Source of the DNA: Escherichia phage vB_EcoM_01
Strand: one strand, 5' to 3'
Sequence record: PP129558
Length of the DNA: 64,000 nucleotides
Shown: one piece after another, positions 46,462-55,740 of the stretch
How positions within the stretch are numbered: position 1 is the stretch's first letter
How the letters are laid out: every line of letters begins with the position of its first letter
Translations under genes and position numbers: made by a program
Notes under the pieces: generated by a model
The model's database searches: none
Told to the model about the DNA's origin: nothing
The model's input: only the letters and a program-made list of their open reading frames with translations

Positions 46462-47190
46462 TTATTTCTTAGCAATGATTTTTGCAATATCAGGTTTAAC
46501 AAAGGTAGAAGGCTTCATGATCTTACCTTTATCATCAAAGAACACATACACTTTCTGTTTTTCATTATAAACAGCATGAACACCAGTGTATGCCCCTTCT
46601 GGACGATTGGCATTTCGTTCTTCAATTGCAGCGCATTCTTGTGCAATGGCTGAATCGATATCCGAAGTTTTCCAAGTTTTCAGCAACTGTTGTTTAGTTG
46701 GATACTTGGAATCATTACTTTTCAATACCTCTTTAATAACTTTCTTTTCTGGATATTTTGAACGGATTAGAGTGTCACGAGACATACGCATAATACCAGC
46801 AGCCATTAGTGCCATTTGAACTGGCTCTGTAAATGTTTGTTCCAAAGCATCAAAATCAGTATACACAGTTGGAGTAAAAACATCGCCTACAACATAGTCC
46901 AAGAAATTCATCGTATGTTCTTCACCAAAGAACATGTAAGTAAGATAACTGGATACTACAAAAATATCCGCTGCTGCATCCAAGAGTTCTACATGATCGT
47001 TTACTTTCGCGGCTGTTTCATACTCTTTAAGCTCTTCACGAACGAACCCGATTTGGGACATAAATAGCTCTTGAGTGAATTCAGGTTGTTCACCACCTCG
47101 TGCTTTGGCATTCCAATCAATTACGTGCTTTGCTGCATTTTTGAAAAATTCAGTATCGAATTTAATATCTTTAAAAAAATTCTCGATCAT
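46462..47190 (-). CDS. MazG-like nucleoside triphosphate pyrophosphohydrolase (tentative)
   Basis: REELKEYETA (EExxE) and ELLDAAADI (ExxD) motifs. Confidence 0.45.
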   Translation of the reverse strand: MIENFFKDIKFDTEFFKNAAKHVIDWNAKARGGEQPEFTQELFMSQIGFVREELKEYETAAKVNDHVELLDAAADIFVVSSYLTYMFFGEEHTMNFLDYVVGDVFTPTVYTDFDALEQTFTEPVQMALMAAGIMRMSRDTLIRSKYPEKKVIKEVLKSNDSKYPTKQQLLKTWKTSDIDSAIAQECAAIEERNANRPEGAYTGVHAVYNEKQKVYVFFDDKGKIMKPSTFVKPDIAKIIAKK

Positions 47191-47199
47191 TATAACTCC

Positions 47200-47382
47200 T
47201 TATTTAAAATAGCTTTCTAGAAAGTTGCTAATATTTACTACAGACTCACCCATGTAAATCCCTGCGAAACCGAAAACAAGCATACGTGGAATATTGAAAT
47301 ACCATTTATCTGCCGGAAAAGATGCCAGAATTACGATAGCAATTGCTATCAACATCATAAGAATTGTTGCTAAAATTATCAT
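47200..47382 (-). CDS. Small hydrophobic membrane protein (lies in duplicated segment)
   Basis: MIILATILMMLIAIAIVILA; GGAGG RBS. Confidence 0.35.
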   Translation of the reverse strand: MIILATILMMLIAIAIVILASFPADKWYFNIPRMLVFGFAGIYMGESVVNISNFLESYFK

Positions 47383-47622
47383 AAAAATGCCTCCAGGTAT
47401 TTTGCACAATGATAAGCTAAGAACATTTTTCCTCCTTATTCTGCTGGTTCCCAAGTGCCTGGGATCATTTCTCGAATACGATAGCAATTGCTATCAACAT
47501 CATAAGAATTGTTGCTAAAATTATCATAAAAATGCCTCCAGGTATTTTGCACAATGATAAGCTAAGAACATTTTTCCTCCTTATTCTGCTGGTTCCCAAG
47601 TGCCTGGGATCATTTCTCGAAT
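47339..47622. repeat. Exact tandem duplication of ~142 bp (probable assembly artifact)
   Basis: 47339-47480 identical to 47481-47622, includes 3' end of ligase gene. Confidence 0.7.
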
Positions 47623-48708
47623 ACGAACACCAACAGGTTTTGTTGGAATACCTTCATCTGAAAATTCTTCATACTCTATTTCAACGAACTGATTAATCAA
47701 GGTAGAAGCATTCTCTGCTTTACGATAATTGATAGTCTCATGAGCATCTTTACGCATTAAGAATTCGACTACTTTACCATTTTCCATCTCACCTGTCAAC
47801 ACTCCATCACCATTTTTATCACTTTTTGAATTTGTTACTTTAACTTCAAGGGTGTGGCGAGGCTTACGTTTAATAACGTCATAAGAACGTTTATCAAATT
47901 CGTAAACTCCGTGAGCATTACGATATACTACACCTTCAGCTTTCTCAAGTAAAGCTTTTTCATAGAAAGCATCAAACTGTTCTTGGTTTTCAATATACTC
48001 TGTATGAACTACGCAAATAAGCTCGTCAAGACCATAATCTTCAACTACTGCCTTAAGAGCAGCAAGAACATCAACACGTTTTTCAAACGGTAGATCTGGA
48101 ACTGGAATATCGTATACGTAATAATTCAGCAAAGGTGTATTTGCATTATGCTTCTTCCAGGCACTGTTAATTTGTTGCAGACTAAGGACACCTAACCCAG
48201 CAAACACTTCACCATCAAGAGGATGACCAACAACTTCACTAATAAAGTTTGGAATACCTTTCCAATGAGGTGGCAGGTTATACACTTCTCCAGCTTTTGA
48301 TAAACACTCCCCTTTCATGTTAATCATAGAACGTAACCCGTTCAGTTTGTATTGTGCATAACCAGGGAACACAACCCTTTCAGGATAATCTTTATAATCC
48401 TGGCATTTCATTGGTGTGGAAGGAACATGGTTTTCAGCTTCTTCTTTTGTTTTATAATAGCCATTCTTTAACTGTTTTGTCCATTTGGCAAAAGCTTCAA
48501 GTTCAGCTTGTTCTTCTGGTGTTGTTTCATTGGAACGACCGATGTTTTTTGCTTCTGCTGTATAAGATTTTTCTGTGATTTTTCCACCTACCCTTCCATG
48601 AGCTACAGTAACAACTGCACCATCTGTATACACTGTCCACTGTTTAAGTTTTCCTTTTGAATCTTTACCATACAGCGTTTGATTTGTTTGTTGCATTAGT
48701 CCTCCCAT
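47581..48708 (-). CDS. ATP-dependent DNA ligase
   Basis: KLNGLR adenylation motif, DGEVF, 375 aa. Confidence 0.6.
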   Translation of the reverse strand: MGGLMQQTNQTLYGKDSKGKLKQWTVYTDGAVVTVAHGRVGGKITEKSYTAEAKNIGRSNETTPEEQAELEAFAKWTKQLKNGYYKTKEEAENHVPSTPMKCQDYKDYPERVVFPGYAQYKLNGLRSMINMKGECLSKAGEVYNLPPHWKGIPNFISEVVGHPLDGEVFAGLGVLSLQQINSAWKKHNANTPLLNYYVYDIPVPDLPFEKRVDVLAALKAVVEDYGLDELICVVHTEYIENQEQFDAFYEKALLEKAEGVVYRNAHGVYEFDKRSYDVIKRKPRHTLEVKVTNSKSDKNGDGVLTGEMENGKVVEFLMRKDAHETINYRKAENASTLINQFVEIEYEEFSDEGIPTKPVGVRIREMIPGTWEPAE

Positions 48709-48917
48709 TTAAAAACTGAAATTTTCAATCTGTTACACACTTCATCCAAATCTGCGTCGAGTAACGTTGTAGATGTTGCCAACATATAATCAATGCTTGT
48801 GAAACCTTGCCCTTTGGCATAGTCAAGCATATCTTCATACATATCTTCAAGATCACCGTCATCAAAAGTAGCTAGAAAATCCTCGTCCCCACTACGAACA
48901 TAAAATGCAGTACTCAT
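48696..48917 (-). CDS. Hypothetical acidic protein
   Basis: ORF. Confidence 0.35.
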   Translation of the reverse strand: MSTAFYVRSGDEDFLATFDDGDLEDMYEDMLDYAKGQGFTSIDYMLATSTTLLDADLDEVCNRLKISVFKWED

Positions 48918-49102
48918 TCATCTTCATCCCAAGATTCAAAAACGCAGCAATCATCGGTTTCTATAATACCAACACGTCCGCAGGTATTGCAAGTGATTTT
49001 ATCACCGTAGAATAAATAATTTTTATCACCCTCTGTGTTTACAGTTATGTCATTACTACCACAAGGGCAAGTCAGCCAACCAACAACGATATCTTTTTTC
49101 AT
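48914..49102 (-). CDS. Small zinc-ribbon protein
   Basis: CPCG ... CNTCG. Confidence 0.4.
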   Translation of the reverse strand: MKKDIVVGWLTCPCGSNDITVNTEGDKNYLFYGDKITCNTCGRVGIIETDDCCVFESWDEDE

Positions 49103-49111
49103 AATCCCTCC

Positions 49112-49438
49112 TTAAGCGTTCAGTTCGTTGTTGAGTTCGTAAATCTCTTCTTGAAGAGCATCAATCTCTTCCTCCAAACGGGAGATCTCTTCTTTTAGAT
49201 ATACCATTTCTGATTCTTTCTCTTCTAATTCATTTTCAAATTTTACTTTATTCGCCTCATTTTCATAATGCAGTTCAGCGTAATCATCACGCATTTGTTC
49301 AATAAGATGAATCAGAGATAAGATATAGTTATCCCCAGTTTCATCTCGCCACTCTTCCCCGTGGCGCAAGATTGTGATTCGTCCAGTATCTTCATCTAAA
49401 ATTGTCTCATATTTACGATCATCTGTATAAATCTGCAT
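49112..49438 (-). CDS. Hypothetical coiled-coil protein
   Basis: Heptad-rich E/L C-terminus. Confidence 0.4.
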   Translation of the reverse strand: MQIYTDDRKYETILDEDTGRITILRHGEEWRDETGDNYILSLIHLIEQMRDDYAELHYENEANKVKFENELEEKESEMVYLKEEISRLEEEIDALQEEIYELNNELNA

Positions 49439-49447
49439 TATTTCTCC

Positions 49448-49852
49448 TTATTGAAGTTTAAGTGAACCACGAAGACGCTTCTCTTGCTGATCACGAATAT
49501 ATTGTGGAACCTCGTGAATTGAATCATTACCGTGCCTATTTTCAACAACTAAAGAGATAACTTGATAACCAAACTCTTCAGCAAGAGTTAGATAAGGTTT
49601 AAGTTCTTTCTCTGTGGTTGAAGTGTTAGAAACAATAATCTTGTTAAGATTAGATGCCATAGCATCACGAACAATACTCTGACACCATGCGTGTGCTTTA
49701 CCTACATTTTCTGGCTTCCAATCGTAAACACCACTTTCTGTGTAATGATATTGATCTGCCTCACAGATAGGCCAATAACCTTCAGAAATAATTTCTGCTA
49801 CTGTAGATTTACCAGCACCTGAAACGCCACGTAAAATGATAAGTTGTTTCAT
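49448..49852 (-). CDS. Polynucleotide 5'-kinase (T4 Pnk kinase-domain-like P-loop kinase)
   Basis: Walker A GVSGAGKST at N-terminus, ~134 aa, adjacent to ligase. Confidence 0.6.
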   Translation of the reverse strand: MKQLIILRGVSGAGKSTVAEIISEGYWPICEADQYHYTESGVYDWKPENVGKAHAWCQSIVRDAMASNLNKIIVSNTSTTEKELKPYLTLAEEFGYQVISLVVENRHGNDSIHEVPQYIRDQQEKRLRGSLKLQ

Positions 49853-50785
49853 TTATCCTCCAAAGAAGTTTTCGATTTTTTCACGTCGCTCTTGCTGATT
49901 TAAAGCAGCCCATTGAGTCTTCGTAAAATTATTTCGAATCCATTCTAACAAAGCGTAATATTCTTCGTCAACAATTTGTTTGGCATTTTTTGGATTATCC
50001 CAAATCAGATCCCACTTTTTATCTCCACCGCGCATAAGAAACTTCTTAGTAAGATAGTGTGGTGATTTAATTTTTAAAAGTAAGTTGAACGGATAGTTTG
50101 TTTCACGAACTACAAACCCTTCGTGTTTACAATGCTTAGACATTTCAACAACATCTGAAAACTTAACCATTGGATGAACTTCAGGACGCTTAAATTTGGT
50201 GACAGAAGCAATCCCATCAAGAGCACCTTCAGGTAACATAAAACTTGTCCCATCAGGATTTTGAATTCTGGCACCAATTAAGTATGCACCTGGTTCTTCT
50301 TCGACAATATGTGGATCAGAAGGATCACAGATTTCAAAAAGGAAAGTTGCTTTTGCACTCTCTGTCCATTTGATGAAATGTTCTATGTCATCACACTCTG
50401 AAACAATACGATTCTTTGCAATACTTGCAAAATCTGATTCAAGGCTTCCTGTTGTCGATACAATAAGCTGACCTTTATATACACCTACAGAGGCCATAAA
50501 ACCATTTACTTTACGAACCACATCTACAAATTCATCCGCTGGTAGATCTGTGCCATTCTCAAAACGATTAAAAATCTTAGTGAAAGGCCAAATAACAACA
50601 TTGTCATCAGCGTCAACAACGATTCCGCGACATTCTAGAAGACGAGAATCAATGTTCCACAGGTTATCCCAGAAAACTTTGTTCTTATACTTAAGAACAG
50701 ATAGACCAGAATACTCTCCTTCTTTATATGTTTTCTTATGAACTAAACCTTTTTCAACCAAATCGTCGCAATTAAATTTAGTCAC
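49853..50785 (-). CDS. Nucleotidyltransferase-type ligase, probable RNA ligase
   Basis: KVNGFM (KxNG), EGFVVRE, LLKIKS motifs; RNA assignment from operon context. Confidence 0.5.
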   Translation of the reverse strand: MTKFNCDDLVEKGLVHKKTYKEGEYSGLSVLKYKNKVFWDNLWNIDSRLLECRGIVVDADDNVVIWPFTKIFNRFENGTDLPADEFVDVVRKVNGFMASVGVYKGQLIVSTTGSLESDFASIAKNRIVSECDDIEHFIKWTESAKATFLFEICDPSDPHIVEEEPGAYLIGARIQNPDGTSFMLPEGALDGIASVTKFKRPEVHPMVKFSDVVEMSKHCKHEGFVVRETNYPFNLLLKIKSPHYLTKKFLMRGGDKKWDLIWDNPKNAKQIVDEEYYALLEWIRNNFTKTQWAALNQQERREKIENFFGG

Positions 50786-50786
50786 A

Positions 50787-51338
50787 TTACTCTCCTTTGA
50801 TTATTTTGTGATGGTCTACAGTTACGATATCTCGTTTACTCATCATAGAAATTATCTCATCAAAATGTAAGATTTTTCCATGTGCATCCCAACCCACATC
50901 TAACATTTTACCATAAGCTTCATCAGGGAAAGATCCGTGGGAATGCCCATGTAGCATGATTGATCCACGACCTTGTTTATTCCAGGAGGCCATAGGGTAA
51001 TGGCTTAAGACGAAGAACAGCTTCTGATATTTCACTTCGTCATAATACACCACTTCTCCATACTCTGCAAGCACTTCTCGGTGTTTGCTGTAATCATGGT
51101 TCCCAACACAATAAGTGATATCCCCTTGGAGGCGGGAAGCAATCTTACGGGTATCTTCTTCAGTCCCGAAACAGAAGTCACCCAAATGCCACATCTTGAC
51201 ACCTGGACTCGTAGCGCATTTATTCCATGCTTCGATCAGTGCTTCTGTCATGTGGTCCATATCTTCCCACGGTCGATATTCAGGAGCAAACTCTCGTATA
51301 CGTTTGTGCATAAAATGCAAATCACTTGTAATAAACAT
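50787..51338 (-). CDS. Calcineurin-like metallophosphoesterase (candidate 2',3'-phosphatase of repair cassette)
   Basis: SDLHFMH, GDFCFG, GNHD, HGHSH motifs. Confidence 0.6.
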   Translation of the reverse strand: MFITSDLHFMHKRIREFAPEYRPWEDMDHMTEALIEAWNKCATSPGVKMWHLGDFCFGTEEDTRKIASRLQGDITYCVGNHDYSKHREVLAEYGEVVYYDEVKYQKLFFVLSHYPMASWNKQGRGSIMLHGHSHGSFPDEAYGKMLDVGWDAHGKILHFDEIISMMSKRDIVTVDHHKIIKGE

Positions 51339-51694
51339 TAGTATAATCCCTCGCTAAATAGGTCACGATCATGACCATTACGTTCGTAGTCAATCTGGTC
51401 TGCGTGTTTTGCAATAATGTATGCATCTTCACGACTCCACCAATTGTAGTATTGATCAATAAAACCTTGATTGTTTGGAAGACAATGCACTTTATCAAGC
51501 ACACCTGCTTCTTTCAATACATTCAATTGTGCTGATAATACAGGATTTGCATGTCGAACACAAGGAATAATTAACTCTTCACCATTATTCAAAATATATT
51601 TATTCGCAGCACAGACGATAACACGTTGCGCATAATGACCCTCACCAATCCAGGTAAGAGGTTGGTAACAAATGTTCTGATCAATACTACTCAT
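51338..51694 (-). CDS. Hypothetical protein
   Basis: ORF. Confidence 0.4.
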   Translation of the reverse strand: MSSIDQNICYQPLTWIGEGHYAQRVIVCAANKYILNNGEELIIPCVRHANPVLSAQLNVLKEAGVLDKVHCLPNNQGFIDQYYNWWSREDAYIIAKHADQIDYERNGHDRDLFSEGLY

Positions 51695-51912
51695 TAAGTT
51701 TCTCCTTAATAGTGAACACGAATCATTTTAATACCATAACGCAGCATGGATTCTTTTGCAAGCATATAACACGTTGCGCATAATGACCCTCACCAATCCA
51801 GGTAAGAGGTTGGTAACAAATGTTCTGATCAATACTACTCATTAAGTTTCTCCTTAATAGTGAACACGAATCATTTTAATACCATAACGCAGCATGGATT
51901 CTTTTGCAAGCA
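51619..51912. repeat. Exact tandem duplication of ~147 bp (probable assembly artifact)
   Basis: 51619-51765 identical to 51766-51912. Confidence 0.7.
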
Positions 51913-52210
51913 TGAATTTATCCCCAGCGGCGGGGTTAGAAGTATGCACGAAAATGGTAGGTGAACCAAAGCAAGGTTTACCAAACGCCAGAAGTTCTTC
52001 CAGGTACAGGAAAACATCATACCCATCTTGGTCTGACTCCATACCCAAATCGTTGTCAAAATGCCACTCGTCTACAAAACGATAACCCTTCTGCACCTCA
52101 TTCATGTAACGAGAGGCAAGAAGTTCCTGTGAGGTTTTAAACCAGATTGCATCTGGACAACCATAATCTTTTGGATCACGTAAATCATCAAGCCAAATAA
52201 TAGTACCCAT
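51854..52210 (-). CDS. Hypothetical protein with N-terminal IIWLDDxRDP motif
   Basis: ORF. Confidence 0.4.
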   Translation of the reverse strand: MGTIIWLDDLRDPKDYGCPDAIWFKTSQELLASRYMNEVQKGYRFVDEWHFDNDLGMESDQDGYDVFLYLEELLAFGKPCFGSPTIFVHTSNPAAGDKFMLAKESMLRYGIKMIRVHY

Positions 52211-52220
52211 ATAACCTCCT

Positions 52221-52691
52221 CTAAGCTGGCATTATTAAAAAAGAACTCTCCACTTCAAAATGCCAATCATCCACAAGCCCTGATTCCCAATCCTTCTCTT
52301 CATGGAAAGAGCAAATCCAACGGTACATACCTGGCGGTGTATTCTCAACATCTTCTGGCAACCCGTAATCCAAAGCTGTCAAACCGTTCTCTGTAAAACT
52401 AGGATGGAGATTAGGAGCTTTCAATACAGAAACCATGCCTCCAACATCTACAGCCACAATCCACTCTGTCATGTATGGGCTGTCATATTGAGGCTCATCA
52501 GAACCTACCTCAACAGCCTCTGTGCGTAAGATGATAATAGCCTGCTCTGTGATTGGGGCTTTGACAATATAACCTTGGTCCTCAAAAAGATCGATAACCT
52601 CGAACTCATCGCCGTTTTCGACACCATAACTCTTATTCAAAGAGATAAACTTCGGGTTATCATCGTAAGCTTTAGTTACTTTAATTTTCAT
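52221..52691 (-). CDS. Hypothetical protein
   Basis: ORF. Confidence 0.4.
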   Translation of the reverse strand: MKIKVTKAYDDNPKFISLNKSYGVENGDEFEVIDLFEDQGYIVKAPITEQAIIILRTEAVEVGSDEPQYDSPYMTEWIVAVDVGGMVSVLKAPNLHPSFTENGLTALDYGLPEDVENTPPGMYRWICSFHEEKDWESGLVDDWHFEVESSFLIMPA

Positions 52692-52912
52692 TTTTCCTCC
52701 TTCACTTTAACCTCAAATTCTACAGGCTTACCCTCAATGTAAAAACACTGATACTCTGCCTTATCATCCTCATCACGAGGCCAAGTTACCAAGGAGTTAT
52801 AGCAATCTTCTGGTGCTTTGAAGATGGTTTTAGTCTCCACAGTAACATTCCCATTAAGTGTTGCCAATACCACCCAACCAGCTACAGGGATCATAGTGTC
52901 TCCACTTTCCAC
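52688..52912 (-). CDS. Hypothetical protein
   Basis: ORF. Confidence 0.35.
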   Translation of the reverse strand: MESGDTMIPVAGWVVLATLNGNVTVETKTIFKAPEDCYNSLVTWPRDEDDKAEYQCFYIEGKPVEFEVKVKEEK

Positions 52913-53073
52913 GTTTTACCATTATCAACCAAGGTCTTTGCTACAGCATACTCCTTCCCATTAACAAGGAAATAATAAACTATAAAAGATTTCCCGATTG
53001 TTACTGTCTTAGTAACCTCTACACGTTTAACACCTTGCATGTATTTTGCCTTACCGGAATAGAGTAAAATCAT
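52891..53073 (-). CDS. Hypothetical protein
   Basis: ORF. Confidence 0.35.
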   Translation of the reverse strand: MILLYSGKAKYMQGVKRVEVTKTVTIGKSFIVYYFLVNGKEYAVAKTLVDNGKTWKVETL

Positions 53074-53351
53074 TTTGCATTCCTCTTGTTGTTGATAACA
53101 TCCATAGCAGTATATGGTTTATTAGTGCCATGATACTCCAGAATCATTGGAGAGCCTTCTTGCACTACTTCAAAGATACCATAAACAGAACTTTCAGCAA
53201 ATACCATTTGCTTCGTGCCTTCATCGTTTACAACGAGAGAAAACTTCTTGCCTGTCCCGTTGAGGATCTCGTATTTCTTGCCAGCAGTGAATAATCCAGA
53301 GTACCACTCATTATCTGTTGCTTTTACACACTTCAGGAAAGTCTTGATCAT
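53070..53351 (-). CDS. Hypothetical protein
   Basis: ORF. Confidence 0.4.
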   Translation of the reverse strand: MIKTFLKCVKATDNEWYSGLFTAGKKYEILNGTGKKFSLVVNDEGTKQMVFAESSVYGIFEVVQEGSPMILEYHGTNKPYTAMDVINNKRNAK

Positions 53352-53463
53352 TTCTTTTTGCTCCTCTTTTTAGATTTCTCATACAAACCTAACACAGCCG
53401 CTTCTTTTGCACAAGTAGGAACTGAAGTCATTCCTCTTCTTTTTGCTTCTGGCAGTTGCAAAG

Positions 53464-53844
53464 TCCATATTCNGTCTCTTATNNNNNNNNNNNNNNNNNN
53501 NNNNNNNNNNNNNNNNNNNNNNNNNNNNNNNNNNNNNNNNNNNNNNNNNNNNNNNNNNNNNNNNNNNNNNNNNNNNNNNNNNNNNNNNNNNNNNNNNNNN
53601 NNNNNNNNNNNNNNNNNNNNNNNNNNNNNNNNNNNNNNNNNNNNNNNNNNNNNNNNNNNNNNNNNNNNNNNNNNNNNNNNNNNNNNNNNNNNNNNNNNNN
53701 NNNNNNNNNNNNNNNNNNNNNNNNNNNNNNNNNNNNNNNNNNNNNNNNNNNNNNNNNNNNNNNNNNNNNNNNNNNNNNNNNNNNNNNNNNNNNNNNNNNN
53801 NNNNNNNNNNNNNNNNNNNNNNNNNNNNNNNNNNNNNNNNNNNN
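53464..53844. other. Assembly gap (N run) with duplicated flanks
   Basis: 53322-53463 repeats at 53860-54002; AGAGACAG adapter remnant at 53845-53852. Confidence 0.8.
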
Positions 53845-53879
53845 AGAGACAGCTTTTACACACTTCAGGAAAGTCTTGA

Positions 53880-54233
53880 TCATTTCTTTTTGCTCCTCTT
53901 TTTAGATTTCTCATACAAACCTAACACAGCCGCTTCTTTTGCACAAGTAGGAACTGAAGTCATTCCTCTTCTTTTTGCTTCTGGCAGTTGCAAAGTCCAT
54001 ATTCCCCACCAATAGATTTGGTCTGCCGTGAGTGGTTCAGCCATTGGATCTGCCTCCTGCTCCTCAAGACGTTGCAACGCTTCTTCAATCTTCTCGATTG
54101 GTGTGTCAAAGACGAATGCCTCCGTATCAAACTTATCTTTCTTAGGAACTGATTTGGCTACTTTGAGAACCTCGTTTTTCGGTTTCTTAGTAACGTTCTT
54201 TGGCTTTGATAACTTCTTCGGTGTTTTCGCCAC
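53880..54233 (-). CDS. Hypothetical Lys-rich protein
   Basis: ORF. Confidence 0.4.
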   Translation of the reverse strand: MAKTPKKLSKPKNVTKKPKNEVLKVAKSVPKKDKFDTEAFVFDTPIEKIEEALQRLEEQEADPMAEPLTADQIYWWGIWTLQLPEAKRRGMTSVPTCAKEAAVLGLYEKSKKRSKKK

Positions 54234-54426
54234 TTACTACCTCCATACGATCTAAAAAGTCATTCACAAATCTCCAGTAACGTTGACCTGTTCTAAGATC
54301 TTCATAGATAACCACAGGATCAAACACTTTAGATATTCCGGCAGGTTTTGGAAATTCCACTACTGTATATAAACCACCTTTTGCTACACAAGAATAGGTT
54401 ACGCCTGTAATTGGATAGTTGCTCAT
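54187..54426 (-). CDS. Hypothetical protein
   Basis: ORF. Confidence 0.35.
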   Translation of the reverse strand: MSNYPITGVTYSCVAKGGLYTVVEFPKPAGISKVFDPVVIYEDLRTGQRYWRFVNDFLDRMEVVSGENTEEVIKAKERY

Positions 54427-54617
54427 TTCTTTACGTACTCCATGATTGGGGTATGGTCGCCAGTAAGCGTAACACGGCTGTAGGACACATCTTGTGTCTT
54501 CAATGTATCAATCCACTCTAAGAAGTGTTCTTTAGCTTCTGTGTAGTTCTGTGTGCCTTTAACAACGTGTATACCATCTAGCGTTACACGGAATACCATT
54601 TGAATAACGTCTTTCAT
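54423..54617 (-). CDS. Hypothetical protein
   Basis: ORF. Confidence 0.35.
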   Translation of the reverse strand: MKDVIQMVFRVTLDGIHVVKGTQNYTEAKEHFLEWIDTLKTQDVSYSRVTLTGDHTPIMEYVKK

Positions 54618-54730
54618 TTCTTACCTCCTTTGTTGTCAAAGTAGCTTACCAGAACATCGTGAACCACACACATGGCAAAAATCAGAACAATTGTTGCCAG
54701 GATTGGGTTCTCACTAATTAGTGCTATCAT
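54614..54730 (-). CDS. Tiny membrane peptide (38 aa)
   Basis: ATG after GGAGGTGG; hydrophobic. Confidence 0.3.
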   Translation of the reverse strand: MIALISENPILATIVLIFAMCVVHDVLVSYFDNKGGKK

Positions 54731-55037
54731 CTTTAACCACCTCCAATTGCCTTTCGAGTTTGACTCTGTTTGAGAACTGATAATGACACAACTTACATTG
54801 CATGTCAACAATCTGATCGTGATTTAACCCTACAATTTTAACTTCCTTTGCACCATCCCACTCCAAATACTCAAAGCCATCTAAATGATTACTCTTGTCC
54901 AACAGGAATGCTATCTGCTGCCATTCAATCTGAATATCATTTAAATGATATGCTGCACAGAAGATATCCTCATAGTAAAAGACGATCATTGTCATTGCTT
55001 CGTCTAGTACAACTACCTCTTGTCTTGTAAATCTCAT
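54714..55037 (-). CDS. Hypothetical protein (first gene of minus-strand block)
   Basis: ORF with GGAGG RBS. Confidence 0.4.
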   Translation of the reverse strand: MRFTRQEVVVLDEAMTMIVFYYEDIFCAAYHLNDIQIEWQQIAFLLDKSNHLDGFEYLEWDGAKEVKIVGLNHDQIVDMQCKLCHYQFSNRVKLERQLEVVKDDSTN

Positions 55038-55049
55038 TCTAGCCTCCTA

Positions 55050-55517
55050 AACGCGTCTCTGACACACTTTTTATATATAAGATGATAAATCACCTTACCT
55101 AGTAAGTAAACTTGCTCTACGAGCCTCTTATGAAGCTTATGTTATAGGCTATACTATTACTACCTGTTTAAGCAAGGTTTTGCACACAGAAATAATTTTT
55201 TAATAAAACTCTTGACTTTTGTGTTCGAAGTATGCTACCCTAGAAATCTATTAACGAGCGCAGCGAGTTAAGGTTTTAGGTTGTTGATGTAGTACTCTGT
55301 ACTCAAGTACTGTACTCCGTACTAGATTAATAATTATTAAATATTAATAATAAATAATTATTAGATCTAACAAACAGGTACAGTGTATCAGAACTGGTAC
55401 GTACAGATCAACTTCTATCAATTAAAAATAAAATAATAAATTATTATAAATAATACTTGATCTATAGATCAGTATGAAGTACAGTACGTAACATCTTAAC
55501 AAGAATGGAGGTGTGCA
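55050..55517. promoter_or_regulatory. AT-rich divergent intergenic control region with GTACT(C) iterons and a perfect palindrome
   Basis: Five GTACT repeats 55292-55324; palindrome TGATCTATAGATCA ~55458-55471; no ORF. Confidence 0.5.
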
Positions 55518-55703
55518 ATGATTAGTGAGAATCCGTGCAAATGGCATCATGTGCCTATTAAAGATTGTATGTCTTGTAATCCACGTTCTATTTATAACAT
55601 TGCATCTTATGATGATGACAATGTGTTAGACGATGATGAAGGCTGGGAGGATTTAGATTGGACTGGTTATGAAACCAAAAGGGATAAAATTATTCCTAGT
55701 TGA
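55518..55703 (+). CDS. Hypothetical small Cys-containing protein
   Basis: ORF with GGAGG RBS. Confidence 0.4.
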   Translation: MISENPCKWHHVPIKDCMSCNPRSIYNIASYDDDNVLDDDEGWEDLDWTGYETKRDKIIPS

Positions 55704-55740
55704 CTTAAGATATCCTTCGTGCTAAACTAGAAGTGAGGAG

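Noticed and set aside
53348-54015. Several X-rich ORFs on both strands across the third N gap
   Set aside because: N-run artifact; real genes are 53070..53351 and 53880..54233 (the same gene end duplicated).
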